From Eledone cirrhosa (taxonomy: Eukaryota), in NCBI GenBank assembly GCA_964016885.1, contig OZ024743.1, forward strand, positions 198,028,001-198,092,000: a DNA stretch of 64,000 nucleotides. The letters run 5' to 3'. Positions 13,695 through 28,190 of the stretch are shown here, piece after piece (the stretch's first letter is position 1; every line of letters begins with the position of its first letter). The notes beneath the pieces were generated by a model. It was not told the origin of the DNA and ran no database searches. It worked only from the letters and a program-made list of their open reading frames with translations. The position numbers and the translations under genes were made by a program.

Positions 13695-14844
13695 ATGTAT
13701 GTATGTATGTATGTATGTATGTATGTATGTATGTATGTATTAAAGGTTGAAAGTTACTTCAACATAAAAATTGACTTTGAAAGTATAAGGCTGATAATTG
13801 AATGTAAAAAGATTGATAAGAAAGCCCCCCCCAAAAAAAAATTTACAGGTATTTGTATGTATGTGTGTATTTTTATGTCGAAAATAAAGGGTTAAAGTTA
13901 CTTATACAGAAAAATATAGTTTGAAAGTGTAAGGCCGATTGAAAAACTTACAGTTTAGTAAATGAAAGTCAGCTTCGAAATGGAGCTAAAACAAACTGTG
14001 TATGCGTTGATTGATTGAAATTCCCGCGTTCCTGTTTCTATGACGTCAATCGTAACCATACCAACATATATGTGTGTATGCACCCACATATATGTGTGTA
14101 TATGTTTTTTTTCAATGTTTCTCTTTTTCACAAACACTTATAAGAGAAGGTAGCAATTTTAAGGTGAGGTGATGAAGGGAGTAGATATAGGAAACGTATA
14201 TCATATGAGAGAGGAGAAATCATCGATTGTTGAAATAAATCGATTTTTCCGTAATTGTAGCATTTTTTACCCAATAATTTCGCCCATGACCCAAGTTAGA
14301 ATATTTGTAAACATTCTGCTTAATTATTCATTCAATATTTTTGGAATTGTGTAAATGTATAAAATTGAAACATACATACAGACACAAAAATCTGCCTTTT
14401 ATAGATAATGATGATATAAATAACAATATTAACGAAGATCGCTGGTATAAATACAGCGTCCTTCGGTCATATATATATGTGTGTGTATGTGTGTGTGTGT
14501 GGGGTGAGTATGTGTAGTGTTAAAATATCACACATAATCGATGAATGAGGGATGGAGCACACAATGTATGTGGATATGTGAAGTTTAGTTGTGTTTTTAT
14601 CTCCATTCCAAAACATGCGTACTTTATGCATCTCGCTAATAAGGCTCTGGACATTTGAGTTGCTCTCATCAAACCGGCCCTGGTGCGTTTTCATATGTAT
14701 GCGCGTGTGTGTGTATGTGTGTGTGTATGTGGATGTGTGTGTGTGTGTATGACGAACGTATGCAACATTCTTCTACTGAATTGCAGGCACAAAGTAAATA
14801 GTCGATTCGTTGCTATAGAAGAAGATATTTACTAAGGTTCAAAA

Positions 14845-15052
14845 TAATGGTTCTTATATAGGCACAAGGCCAGCAAATTTAGGGGAGGGGAAAGTCGATA
14901 AAATCGACCCCAGTGCCTGACTGGTACTTTATTTTATGAAAGGCAAAGTTAGCCTCCGCGGGATTTGAACTCATATCTTAAAGGGCCGTTACTCTATGCT
15001 GCAAAGCATGACACCCGACCTTCTACCGATACTACCAATCCACGGCCCCCAC
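14845..15052 (-). mobile_element. SINE with flanking direct repeat
   Basis: SINE body; ACTAAGGTTCAAAATAATGG occurs at ~14831 and ~15051, a possible target site duplication. Confidence 0.8.
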
Positions 15053-15833
15053 TAAGGTTCAAAATAATGGGATGAATCCAATTTCCCCGTGGTAGCGAAG
15101 CGAACTTTTTAACCATCCAGCCACAACATGCCAGAGCGAAAACAAAACAAAATATGACAAGTAAAGTAACTGGAAATTATCTGAATCAAAGTAAATTATA
15201 ATTCTAGCTGTGTAGAAACTTAAAATGAAATATAACAACCAATCAGATATTGTTGCATAATATGTCATCAAATTCTGTAAAATAGTTTAGAAAAATATGC
15301 TGAAACTGTATCAAATTTTTTTAAGGTATCAATCTAGAAAATTTGAGCGGTTGTGAGAAGTTAAGAGATGATTGTGTGTACGCGTATGTGTGGGTCTATG
15401 CGTGTTTATACGTGAGTATGTGTTTCTATGTGTATGTGTAAGAGAGCGAAAGAGAAATGCAACGGGAGAGTGAGAGAGAGAGGGAGAGAGAGAGAGGGGG
15501 ATAAAGAAAAATAAAGAGTAGGAAAGGAGAATGAGGATAGTTGACCTCGGACAATTCACTACATGTATGAAAATGAAGAAAATTAGTTTGTATAAAGGGT
15601 GAGAAATACTAAGAAATAAACACACTTCCTTAATCAAATATCCACAAAAACACACACATACTCACATATTCACACAGATGATATTTTGTGCATGCGTTTG
15701 TGTGAGTGACTGCACACGTACGTGTACCTTTATGTGTGTGTGTGTACCTGTATGTGTGTGTGTGTGTATGTGTGTGTGTCTGTGTGTTTGGGTCTGTGTG
15801 TGTATGTATGTCAGTATTCGTGTCTGTGTGTGT

Positions 15834-15884
<51 letters not shown>

Positions 15885-16394
15885 TGAAGGACAACGATTG
15901 AATTATTACGCTCGGAAGAAGTTCGAATTTACATTATCGATTTTGGCGTCTTAGTATTCGGAAAACTAATTAATTAATCCAAGCCGCTAAAATAAATACC
16001 AGTAATATTTGTCAATATCACTAAATCAAAGACGTTTCATGTTTTAATATAATAATAAGAAAAATGAAAAAAGAATGTTATCTCTGATCGAGACGAAGCG
16101 AGGGTGTATTTGAATACATATGAAATTGAGAAAACTCATCTCTAGAACAGTCGTTAAAACAGCTAAATGCTGTCAAAGGCAGTGATGGCAAGAGTGCTTC
16201 AGAAGACATAGACCAGTGGCTGAGGGTCAGCAGAGAGACAATCAAAAAGGTGGGTGACAGGCAGATGAAATATAGAAAAAAACGAAAGCGGAGGAGGAGA
16301 AGAAGAAGTGCGCTGGCGCACAGAAGTGACTGGAAGAAGGGAATAAAGAAAGGCGAAGTAAGAGACAAGTTTACACACTTAAATCTTCACCCTT

Positions 16395-16680
16395 ATCAGC
16401 TCCCAAACCAGCAAAATAGTTTCGCTCTGCTCTTCGGGCTGAGGAAGGCAAACTCTCTAAGTACCCGTCCTTCTCCGACAGGTTTGCGGTCGTGCCCTTA
16501 ACAGTGGAGTCTTCTGGTATCCTTGGTCCTAGGGCTACCTCCCTACTCACCACCATATGCGCTGAGCTGGTCAGCTGCAGGTATGAGCCTCACGACATTG
16601 AATGGCTCTTCCAGCGCATCTTCCATACCATCCTCCGGGGATACGCTCTCTCTATTCTGTCCACCCGGGATGGAGGGCGG
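16395..16680 (+). pseudogene. C-terminal fragment of a CRE-like RLE non-LTR retrotransposon
   Basis: AEEGKLSKY..VPLTVESSGILGPRA..WLFQRIFHTILRGYALSIL fits the CRE-type C-terminal pattern PL.VET.G..G..A...LFQR.S....RGNA..I. Confidence 0.65.
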
Positions 16681-16829
16681 TGCGCACGTGGGACCCCATT
16701 TGCTTGCAATACAGAAAGATGAGGAGGGTAAGAGAGATGGAGGCGATGACACTGTGAGTTCGGCTCTTCCGTGTTCGGACACATTGCACCTGTCATGTGA
16801 ATCAGAAGGGCTTTAAGTGTTGTGGGCTG

Positions 16830-17025
16830 TCAGATTTGGTAGAGCGTTGGTTAAACTTTCATTGTCATATTTGTTCTAGCTCTTTACATTCTGAGTTCAA
16901 ATCTCACCGAGGCCATATTTGCCTTTCATGTTCCCGGGGTCGATGAAATATAATTCCAATCATGTATTGGTGGTGATTTAATCCACTTTGCTTTTCCCCA
17001 AAATTTGCTGTCCTTTTGCCTAAAT
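16830..17025 (+). mobile_element. Diverged SINE
   Basis: GAGTTCAAATC..GCCTTTCAT..GGGGTCGAT core. Confidence 0.7.
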
Positions 17026-17178
17026 CAATATAATCAATATAATCAATATTAATGATAAACTTTTATAATTGATCTTCTCTTTCATACGGATACATTTTAT
17101 TATTGTTTTACCTTCTAAATAATTCTGTTTTCCTTTGCTAACAAACAAACCATTGTATTCCTGGCACACCCGAAACCG

Positions 17179-17520
17179 TCTTTGAGAAGTCTACTCTACA
17201 AACACCGACCCGCAGGCAGTGATATATGTACACTTCCTAAGTGCCCCATCAACCACGCAGAAATGTGTATGAGAGCGTATGTAGTCTACATGGTCACCTA
17301 TAAACAATTTAGCTTCTCGTACATTGGAAGTACCTTCCGGATGCTGCACATCCGAGAATAGAGTGTACATGAAAACGTGAGCTGCTTCTGTCAAAACACC
17401 TTTACATATCTCACAACTGGGACATTGAGGTCACCAGAGGAGCGACAGAAAGGGATGTACGGAATTTATGACAAAAGAGGCTCCAATAATTAACAAACAG
17501 AAGGTACCAATGGCAAAAAT
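17179..17520 (+). pseudogene. Degenerate PLE GIY-YIG fragment (different family)
   Basis: Hand translation from 17179 gives CTLPKCPINHAEMCMRAYVVYMVTYKQFSFSYIGSTFRMLHIRE*, a Cys-rich linker followed by VVY..YIG.T.R.L..R. Confidence 0.7.
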
Positions 17521-17696
17521 CAATAAAAGACCGACGTGGAGCAACGTGGCTTCCATGACTGCTCCACGCACGCACAATCCAAATACTGATTAAGAAAAAC
17601 ATCTTTTGATTTATTTGTCATTCCTTTTTCTTTATATTATACCACATTGGACCGGCTTTCTGAAGTACATATACATATATATATATATATATACGG

Positions 17697-17818
<122 letters not shown>

Positions 17819-17944
17819 ATATATATACATATATACATATATATATAGTGGTGGAATACTGGAAGGTAATATCCGTAGTGGTAGAGCACTCAGTTCAAGG
17901 GACGAGTTAGGTAGAAGTGGTTACATAACAGTTAGTTCACCATA

Positions 17945-17984
17945 CCGAGAACAATTGTTTCATCTTCGCGGATCTTCAGCTCGG
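17945..17984 (-). ncRNA. Minimal type I hammerhead motif; the + copy at 19582-19621 has a mutated core
   Basis: CCGAG-CTGAAGA-tccgcgaagat-GAAA-CAATTG-TT-CTCGG: stem I CCGAG/CTCGG, palindromic stem III, weak stem II. Confidence 0.65.
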
Positions 17985-18312
17985 GATGTGTATGGTTATA
18001 GGAACAGGAAGGACAACCGTACGAACGCGCATGCGCAGAAATCCGGTCACTTCACACAGGCAATACTAGACTGCGTGCGGGAGGTGTAAGGGAGATAACT
18101 GTCTATCTAAGAGGGCTAGAAATGTTCTTCCTACATTGGTTTTAACGTTGAGTGAGAAGGGAGGACAGAACCAGATAGTTTGTCTATTGATGTGCTTACT
18201 TTTCTTACTGGTGTTGTTGCTAGTGGGAGAGTAGATGATAGGGTGTGAGAATCCGTTAGGTTGGCCTATTTATCTTAGACATATTACGTGTTAGATTCCT
18301 GGACTTCCACAC

Positions 18313-19398
18313 GGGAATATACCGGGACGATGACTGACTTTATCGAGCCATAAAAGTGGTCACGACCTCGACCGGTTTAAAAAAGACTTAGCTTCTACTT
18401 TCAACGAGTTAGGCCTTAGGATAACAGTAGCCACCAACCTCTCTAGCGTAGATTTCTTAGACATTAATTTAGACCTTCGCACCCACACCTACAGACCATT
18501 CCATAAGCTAAACGAGAAACTTAATTACATTCACAAGGACTCATGCCACCCTTCCACTGTTTTTAGAAACTTCGTTAAGAATATCAGTACTAGAATCTCA
18601 ACCCTCTCCTCTAATAAGGCTATCTTTGACAGGGCGGCACCCTACTATAACACGGCGTTGGCTAACAGCGGCTTCTCACACCCTATCACCTACTCTCCCA
18701 CTAGCAACAACACCATTAAGAAAATTAAGCGCATCAATAGACAAACTATCTGGTTCCCTCCTCCTTTCTCACTCAACGTTAAAACCAATGTAGGAAAACA
18801 ATTTCTAGCCCTCTTAGATAGACACTTCCCCATAGGCCATAAATACCGCTCCATCTTTAACCGACACAAAGTTAAACTAGGATACTCCTGCGCTAAGAAC
18901 ATGAAGGCCCACATCACTAGCAGCCCTAGGAGCAACACCCCACCAGGGTGCTCTTGCCGTAAGCCTGAAGCTTGCCCCCTTCATCAGCAATGCAACACAC
19001 CAGCTGTAATCTATGAAGCTGTGGTCACTTCCAACCGACCAAACGAACCACAGGAGGTCAAATCCTATGTGGGCATGGCGGAGGGCCGATTCAAGGAGCC
19101 TTTCCTGAACCACCAGTCTACCTTCAGATACCCGGACAGACGTTAATCCACGAAACTCGCGAGCCACCTATGGTCCCTCAAGGACTCAACTATAGGCTAC
19201 TCCATTCAATGGAAAGCCATCACTAAGTCCAAGCCATACGCAAGGGGAAATCCGACGTGTGGCTTATGTATTGACGAACGAATAACTATCCTAAAGAGAT
19301 TACGCAATAGTGATTGCGTAAACACGAGAGGTGAATTTTTCACACGTTGTCCACACGTCACCAAACATCTATTGCATAACTACAAGGCTCCGGACTGA
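18313..19398 (+). pseudogene. PLE RT C-terminus, thumb and GIY-YIG endonuclease, disrupted
   Basis: GIYRDD, VDFLDINLDL, HKDSCHP, IWFPPPFSLNVKTNVGKQFL, CSCRKPEACPL, VIYEAVV..YVG, CGLCIDER; contains a stop and a frameshift. Confidence 0.9.
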
Positions 19399-19678
19399 TT
19401 CTTTGTAATTTTATTTTTAATTTTTTTAATTTTATTTTCAACCTAAAAACTTTCCGGACTTTCGCAGTTATCTCCCTTACACCTCCCGCACACAGTCTAG
19501 TATTGCCTGTGTGAAGTGACCGGATTTCTGCGCATGCGCGTTCGTACGGTTGTCCTTCCTGTTCCTATAACCATACACATCCCGAGCTAAAGATCCGCGA
19601 AGGTGAAACAATTGTTCTCGGTATGGTGAACTAACTGTTGTGTAACCACTTCTATATATATCTATATCTATATATATA

Positions 19679-19724
<46 letters not shown>

Positions 19725-20245
19725 TATAGAAACTCCCCCCACACACACCTTCCTGAACATGCAACCCCGTTCTTCCCCCAACCCTCACTTTCACATACAC
19801 ACACACACACACGCACACCTAACCACACACACCACCTTCAGCCCTCCCCGCTCGGACACCCCGTCTCCCTCTCCCCACTCCACCCGCCTCCACCTCTACT
19901 CACCCCACACCCTTCCACCACCTGTTTACCTCCCTTTTAATTTCAGTTTATTTTGATCATGCCTTTATTTTTAAATGTTCTCATTCCTTGTATTTTGATC
20001 ATGCTTTATTTTTATTTATTATTTATTATTTATTATATTTTTGTCTTTATTTGTTAATTTTTCATTCGCACCGTTTCCTTTCGCTATATGTCTCTCCACC
20101 ACTCCCCTACACACCTTTTGAACTCTCACCTGAAGAAGGGCTTATGCCCGAAACGTCGTCCTCCACCTACCCCCCACTCTCCTGAGCGTGAATTTAATAA
20201 ACATTTGTCGTACTGCCTCTCTGTTCTGTCCCTGTTCAATTTTTC

Positions 20246-20296
<51 letters not shown>

Positions 20297-21146
20297 ATGA
20301 ATATATATATATATATATATGAAATATATGACATATATCTGAAATATATGACATCCTTCTCTTCATATAATTCTTAAAATATAATACTATAGATACCAGT
20401 TAATCAAAATATACTGTAGTTATTTTAACTAGAACGTCTGTAGATCAGCCTTCCTCTGGCTACATACTAGATTTTCCCTGTGTACACATTCAATACAAGT
20501 GGAGGAAGAAATATATCAGTAGATAAAGCCTATGTAAGCTTTCACATGATATATTAGAAATAGATATTATCGAAAACGAATGCGACTTTAAAAATATGAA
20601 ATTATATACGTATATAGATATAATAGATTAATTGCCTAGGATTTATACAGTATATTTATGTATTTATTAAATTTGTGTAAACATTAATATTTAGATATAT
20701 AAGTTTTCAAAAAAAGAAAAGAATAAACAAATTCAACAAGAAAAATGAACAACTCAAGTTTTAATATATGTACATTATATATTCTATAGGTTTATAAGAA
20801 TGAATTGTCCTATAGAAAATATTCTTGAAGAAAATATCTTGGAAAACAGTGAGCGTAGCGTTATCAAAGAATCTTTAATGTGGCAGCAGAGAAATTTATC
20901 TATCTATCTATCTAAGAATTGAAATCTTTCGGTGGAAGGGGAAAAATATGGGAACCCTCAGTAAAACAGTAAAAATTGTTATAGAAACATTTTTCAAAAA
21001 GAATGGAGGAGTGAAAGAAAGAAAACTGAATAAACTATAATTAGATCTTGAGACTTTAAGTAACATAAATAACTCAACAAAGGAACTCAATTCCTGACAC
21101 ATTGAGCTATCTTCTTTATGAAAAATGTTGCTACCACCACTACCTT

Positions 21147-21191
<45 letters not shown>

Positions 21192-21201
21192 GGCTCTACT
21201 G

Positions 21202-21286
<85 letters not shown>

Positions 21287-21339
21287 GGCTCTGCTGCTAC
21301 TACTACTACTAAGCACGTCGGATGAAATGCCTTGCCGTA

Positions 21340-21890
21340 TTTCGTTTCGGCCCACTACGCTTGGAGTTCGAATGGCCTTTAGTTCAAATTTGTCTTTCTC
21401 CCTTCCGAGTTTGGTAAAATAAAGTATCAATTATCATTGTGTCGATTGAATTGAATTCTCCTCTCGGGAAAATCGATGGTATTGCGCCCAAATCAGAAGC
21501 CATTATTATGGCAGTATCGGTAAAGGGTCGGACGCCATGCTTTCCAGCATAGAGTTACGTCCCCTTACGTTATGAATTCAAATCCCGCCGAGGTTAACTT
21601 TGCCTTTCATCCTTACGGGGTCGATAAAATAAAGTAGCAGTAATGTACTGGGATAATTGCTGGCTTTGTGCCAAATGTAGAAACAAATATTATTGTAATT
21701 TTTATCAGCATTTTCAGTGCGGTGAATTTGCAGTATCGGTAGAGCATCGGACAACATGCTTTGCAGTATAAAGTTTATAGCCCCTTACGTTCTGTGTTCA
21801 AATCCCACCGAGATTAGCTTTGCCTTGCAGTCTTACGGAGCTGATAAAGTAAGGTACCAGCAATTCACTGGCGTCGATCTAATCAACATT
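21340..21890 (+). mobile_element. Tandem cluster of three SINEs; best copy ~21509-21690
   Basis: A box TGGCAGTATCGG, B box GAATTCAAATCC, conserved core and an (ATT) tail. Confidence 0.85.
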
Positions 21891-22749
21891 ACCGTTTATT
21901 ATCATCGTTTTAATTTTACTTGAATGGAACCGCATGAAATAATGTGTATTGCGAAATATCACAGCCTGCAGGGAATCGAACAGCCGAAGTGTATGATAAA
22001 GTTATATCTGTATAAATATAGTGTGTGTGTCAACGAGACTGCTCCAACGTATATATATATATGTGTGTGTGTATGTGTGTGTATGTATATATATATATAT
22101 ATATATAATGCAGCCTTCATATGTGGGTAGTATTGTGTCCCCACCACATAAACATTCTCACAAACACATATATATGCATAGCATATAAATACATACTGAT
22201 ATATATGTATGTGCATATATATTCCAATATAATAACATTTTACTATCTTAAGTATCAAGTACTCTGCCGAATAATCGTCGTACAAGTGTGTATGTGTAGG
22301 TGTGTGAGAATGTATTAATCCTTTTTAAAACATTGGGATTTAAAATTATTGTTTTAGCGGTCCATGAGGTCCGAAAATTTGGAGACCGCTGCTATAGACC
22401 ATTAAATATGCGGTGGCCCATATATTAACCCCGTGGCCCAGAAAAAAATCATAAAATATCTGTGGCCCACCTGAAATTTGCCATGGCCCAATTTAGCCAC
22501 GTGACTATAGACTGGGAAATACCGATTTAATGTTTATTTGTACAGACTGGGTCTATTATTGATGTGATATTGAATTAGGAATTACAAAACTTTGAAGTAT
22601 TTCTGATACATGATCACCAGTATTGCAGCAATTAATTAGAATAATTGAGAAAGAACGAACGCTGGAAGAACTGCTGAAATAGAAGAAACTATCAATGTTG
22701 GCAGATTCCGTTATATGCTTATGTATGTATGTATGTATGTATGTATGTA

Positions 22750-23080
22750 TGTATGTATGTATGTATGTATGTTTTCTCTTTCTCTTAATTTTGAGTATAT
22801 TTTTTTGACCGGCCACCTTCCTGGTGGCAAGGTTGTAAAAGAAAAGAAATTGTCATCCCTTGAATCGCAAGAATGTTTTGCAAATTTTGAAGGTGCCAGC
22901 TATCGCAGCCATTTGTAGACTATGAATTAGGGAGCTGCGCTTTTTGTCCGCAAATCCAAGTTCAGTCATACTTTGGTCCAAGCGGGTTGGTATATAACCC
23001 GTAGCACCAATAATGATGGGTATGAAGCTAAAGGTGTATCTTGGATACTGGATTTGTAAACTCCTCATCAATGGTCCGTA
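22750..23080 (-). mobile_element. Short 3' fragment of the (TATG)n-embedded R4-like element
   Basis: Nearly identical to 13170-13481 and flanked by (TATG)n on both sides. Confidence 0.88.
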
Positions 23081-23199
23081 AGTATGTATGTATGTATGTA
23101 TGTATGTATGTATGTATGTATGTATGTATGTATGTATGTATGTATGTATGTATGTATGTATGTATCTATCTGTATGTATCTATCTGTATGTATGTATGT

Positions 23200-23762
23200 A
23201 CCTGTCTCATGGTCGGGTCGTTGGCGACTAAACTGGCAACCCCACCAAGGTTTCTTGGTGAGAAGGGTGGCTTTGGACATCCTGCAGGACTAAAAACAAA
23301 ACCTGTCAAAAGGCAAAGGGGCTCTTAAGAGTCAATAGCCATCCAAAATCACCGGGAGAGATGACCCCTTAGCCTTTGTCAAGGCAGAATTCTAGGAGAA
23401 GGAAAACTCTGATATAACACCTGCAACCCTGATGGTATCCAATGATGTTGACTTGTTCTTCTTTTTGGTAAATATCATCTTGGTTAAGAGAGTGGGACTG
23501 GCTTTGTGCAGTGCCTTTGCTCACTATAAAAGCTTCACGGCACAGGCGTTGCTTTATATCTGGAGATCTCTCTGCACTTGTCGTCACATGGTGCCATGGG
23601 CCCAGCACTATGTGTCAATAATTGTCACAAGTGCAGTGTTTGTACCAGAGTTTTCAAGTCGCTGGCTGGACTAAAAAGTCACACTTGTTTAGCGCATTGG
23701 TAGGGGTTCTCCTACATGGATATAAAGTAGTGGCCGTACTCGAAAACGAATTGGCAGCCAGC
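23200..23762 (+). mobile_element. Probable 5' UTR-like fragment of an RTE/RTEX-type LINE
   Basis: GC-richer island between (TATG)n tracts containing CTAGGAGAAGGAAAACTCTGA, which I recall from RTE-type 5' UTRs; no ORF evidence. Confidence 0.35.
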
Positions 23763-26010
23763 ATGTATCTATCTATGTATGCATGTATGTTTTTATGTAT
23801 GTATATATGTATTTATGTGTTTATGTATGTATGTATGTATGTATGTATGTATTTATGAATGTATGTATGTATATTTTTATGTGTGTATGTATATATAATA
23901 ATATATATTATATATGTGTATGTGCATACGTCAGTATGCATGTATGGATGGATGTATTTATGTATGTGTATATCTGTTTGTATGTATATATATAATATAT
24001 ATTATATATGTGTGTTTGCGTATGTATAAATATATATGTATGTGTGTATGTACTTATATATATGGAATCATGTATATGTATGTATACATGCGCACACAAC
24101 CCCCCCCCCCCACACACACACTCTCACTAAGCTAATACCTTTCGTAACTTGTACTCCCGTGTTGTTGTTGTTTTTTTACTTTCCTATATATATATATGTG
24201 TGTGTGTGTGTATGTGTGTGTGTGTGTGTGGTGCGTGTCTGTGTGTGTGTGTGTATGCATATGCATATGTTTATATTCATATGTAACTATATATATGTAA
24301 CTATATATGTATATTTTTATGTGTGGATTTATATGGACATACACATATATATGTATATACACACATATATATATATGCGAACACACATGTATATATGTCC
24401 CGACGGTATTAATAAGCGAGTCTAGTGTTGTAATGTTCTAATCTTGGACGCAATGTTAAAAGCTGCGTAATCGCCTGGATCTAAATTCGTCAATATATTT
24501 TGCTAGGATGTCCAGTAATGCGAAGTGTTGTGGCCATTTATAGATATATTCAAATATCTCGCAATAGTTGACTGAATTATATCTGCCACGTTGCTATATT
24601 TATAAACCTTTTTAGCTCGGTTCTATGTAATGATTATACCTTTCTTTTCCTTTCCCTTTAATCTGCCAGTTGTAATTATTATGATTAAGATATCGATAAT
24701 ATTAATATTAGATGATAATTGAAATTATTAGAGATTACTTGTTCAATGGACTTAATTTCTGGATTGGTCGACAGACAAGGTTGGAAATGTGGCTTTGAGA
24801 CATTTTTGTTACGAATGATTTACACTCCATGTTCATCTGACTGGAACATTTATCAAACAAGTTATTTAATGTTGCTAAATCGATAATTTGTTCTGATGGA
24901 GCAAGATGGGATAGGTTTCTAGGAAAGGAAACTGATGTTGTAATTCTGTTTCGATTCATGGTAGGAGGAAATTTTCAATTTAATCACAGCACAAAACGAT
25001 TTGATAAAAAAACTCACTATTATACCCCTCCAATGTAATTCACCTGTATGTTTTCAACTGAAATTAATATTTGTGCAACTTATCATGTGTGTCTGTGTGT
25101 GAATTTGAATTCTTTAATGTATAGTCTGGCAATACTAAACTTTGGTATTGTGGTATCCAAAAACGGACTCGGTTTAATACCTGGTGACACTGATTAACTG
25201 AAGTTTGAAGGAGAGATGTGTGTGTTTTCACTGTAAAGCGATTTCCGTATAAGTGTCGCGGTTATGACATCAGTCTTTCGTGATAATTTTACAGCTTTTA
25301 AAAAAAATATTTTAACAGCGCTCATGTATTTATATTTTAAATGTAATTTTGGAACAATTGGAATTGTTCTAATATAAATGGCAATAGTATCGTTGACTTG
25401 ACTGAATAGGTAGATGTGCTATATTTATTTGGGTACAAGTATGGTCTACGTTCTCATCCCTTCGAGGAGGTCTTTGGATTTCGTACTTCCAAAGTAGACA
25501 AAATATTAACAACGTACAATTAAAATGGTACCCGGGGAAGCAGACACTTTTCTGTTGGTGTTGACTTTGTTCTTTGCCCATTTTTCGTGAGGGCTGATAA
25601 ATTGTTTTGTTATGTGGAAAGGATTAAACAATTGACAGTATACGTTTCCTATAAATCTATGGCCTTCGTCCAGTTCAATATTATAATGATATCTAATACC
25701 TCTGCTATTTCTGTTCTTTCATTTCTCTCAATAAAATAAGTATATTTCCACACATAGCTACCACTGAGGGCCGATTAACTATCCTAATAAAGCATTCCGA
25801 GGGAAAGATGGAATTATTATAGAAGTGAAGCATACACAAGAACACACATTTCATCAGATTTTAATAATTTTCTCCTCATAGTAAATACGACTGTTGTCAC
25901 TTTTGGAACAAATATCTGTTTCTGTCGTTCTTGTCACCGTTTCAGTTACCATGCATGTAGCTGCGGGGTGCCATATCATACAGACCAGCTCCACAAGTCA
26001 ATTGCTAGAT

Positions 26011-26156
26011 CAGTCTTGGACAAACTGCGGCCCGTTTGGTTTTCAGAATGGCACAACTAATTAAAAATTACCTTGATTGTTTTTGTAGTGCGGCCCGCAT
26101 TATGTTGCGCCATATCTGGTGCTGTCCACTGACCAAAAATGTGTTACCCATACATG
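26011..26156. mobile_element. Degenerate hAT-like MITE
   Basis: CAG..GGACAAACTGCGGCCCG at the start, a second TGCGGCCCGC internally, and a degenerate ..CCCA..CATG end. Confidence 0.4.
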
Positions 26157-26774
26157 TTGCAGCTACTACATTCCTATGCCTTGGTAAAGATCATACGACA
26201 TGATCCATCATGTAGTTATGAATCGTATGAAGGAATGTTTTGTGTAACAGACGACACAGTTTGTTTTCCCTCTGCTAGATCCCTTTACGGTATTTAGGCA
26301 GAATTTTGGTGAACTATTTCTTTTAATATTATTTATTATAATATTTGTCTACCCGATGTTTTCAATAATCCACTCATATTATTGTTTAATTTGAACAAAG
26401 CATCAACTTCAGTTGTTAATGTCAATACTTTATAGCAATTAAGCAGACCAATGAACGTTTACAGGTCAATATTGATATTCAATTTCAACACAACCACGTC
26501 TAACAATCGTGACGCAATTTCATACGGTGTATAAGATTTTAATTTCCTCTGCATCTGTGGGGCTAAAAGTAACATTTGCGGCACATTCAAATAGTGATAT
26601 TATATACGACACAGAAAGATTTCCACATAGTATAGTTTGCTTAGCTATGCATGCTCGAGTTAAGAGAACGAGAGGTTTTTTTTTTATTTGCATCTAAATA
26701 TTATAATTTTGTGTGTGGTTTGTGTTATGTAAAGATAAGGAAATATTTATATACACACAGATACAGGCACACAC

Positions 26775-28190
<1,416 letters not shown>

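Larger units (their letters stand above)
10439..14414 (-). mobile_element. Internally deleted Helitron
   Basis: On the minus strand the 3' end is a hairpin CCCG-AGCAACGC-CGGG followed by CTAG|T at 10439-10442; a probable A|TC 5' end lies near 14414. It contains PIF1 helicase fragments and an N-terminal Cys-rich region. Confidence 0.85.
17913..19655 (+). mobile_element. Penelope-like element, 5'-truncated, with inverted 5' segments
   Basis: 17913-18100 is the reverse complement of ~19464-19654, and 18102-18258 is the reverse complement of ~18662-18822. The RT-GIY-YIG coding region lies at ~18270-19398. Confidence 0.88.

Noticed and set aside
21509-21590. tRNA-like A and B boxes
   Set aside because: They are SINE heads; no cloverleaf is supported.
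26300-26600. Faint cadherin-like words on the minus strand (TFSPTDAEE, LFKLNNNMSGLLKT, NSSPKF)
   Set aside because: The canonical DxNDN, LDRE and DxD motifs are absent and stops intervene, so a protocadherin call is not supportable.
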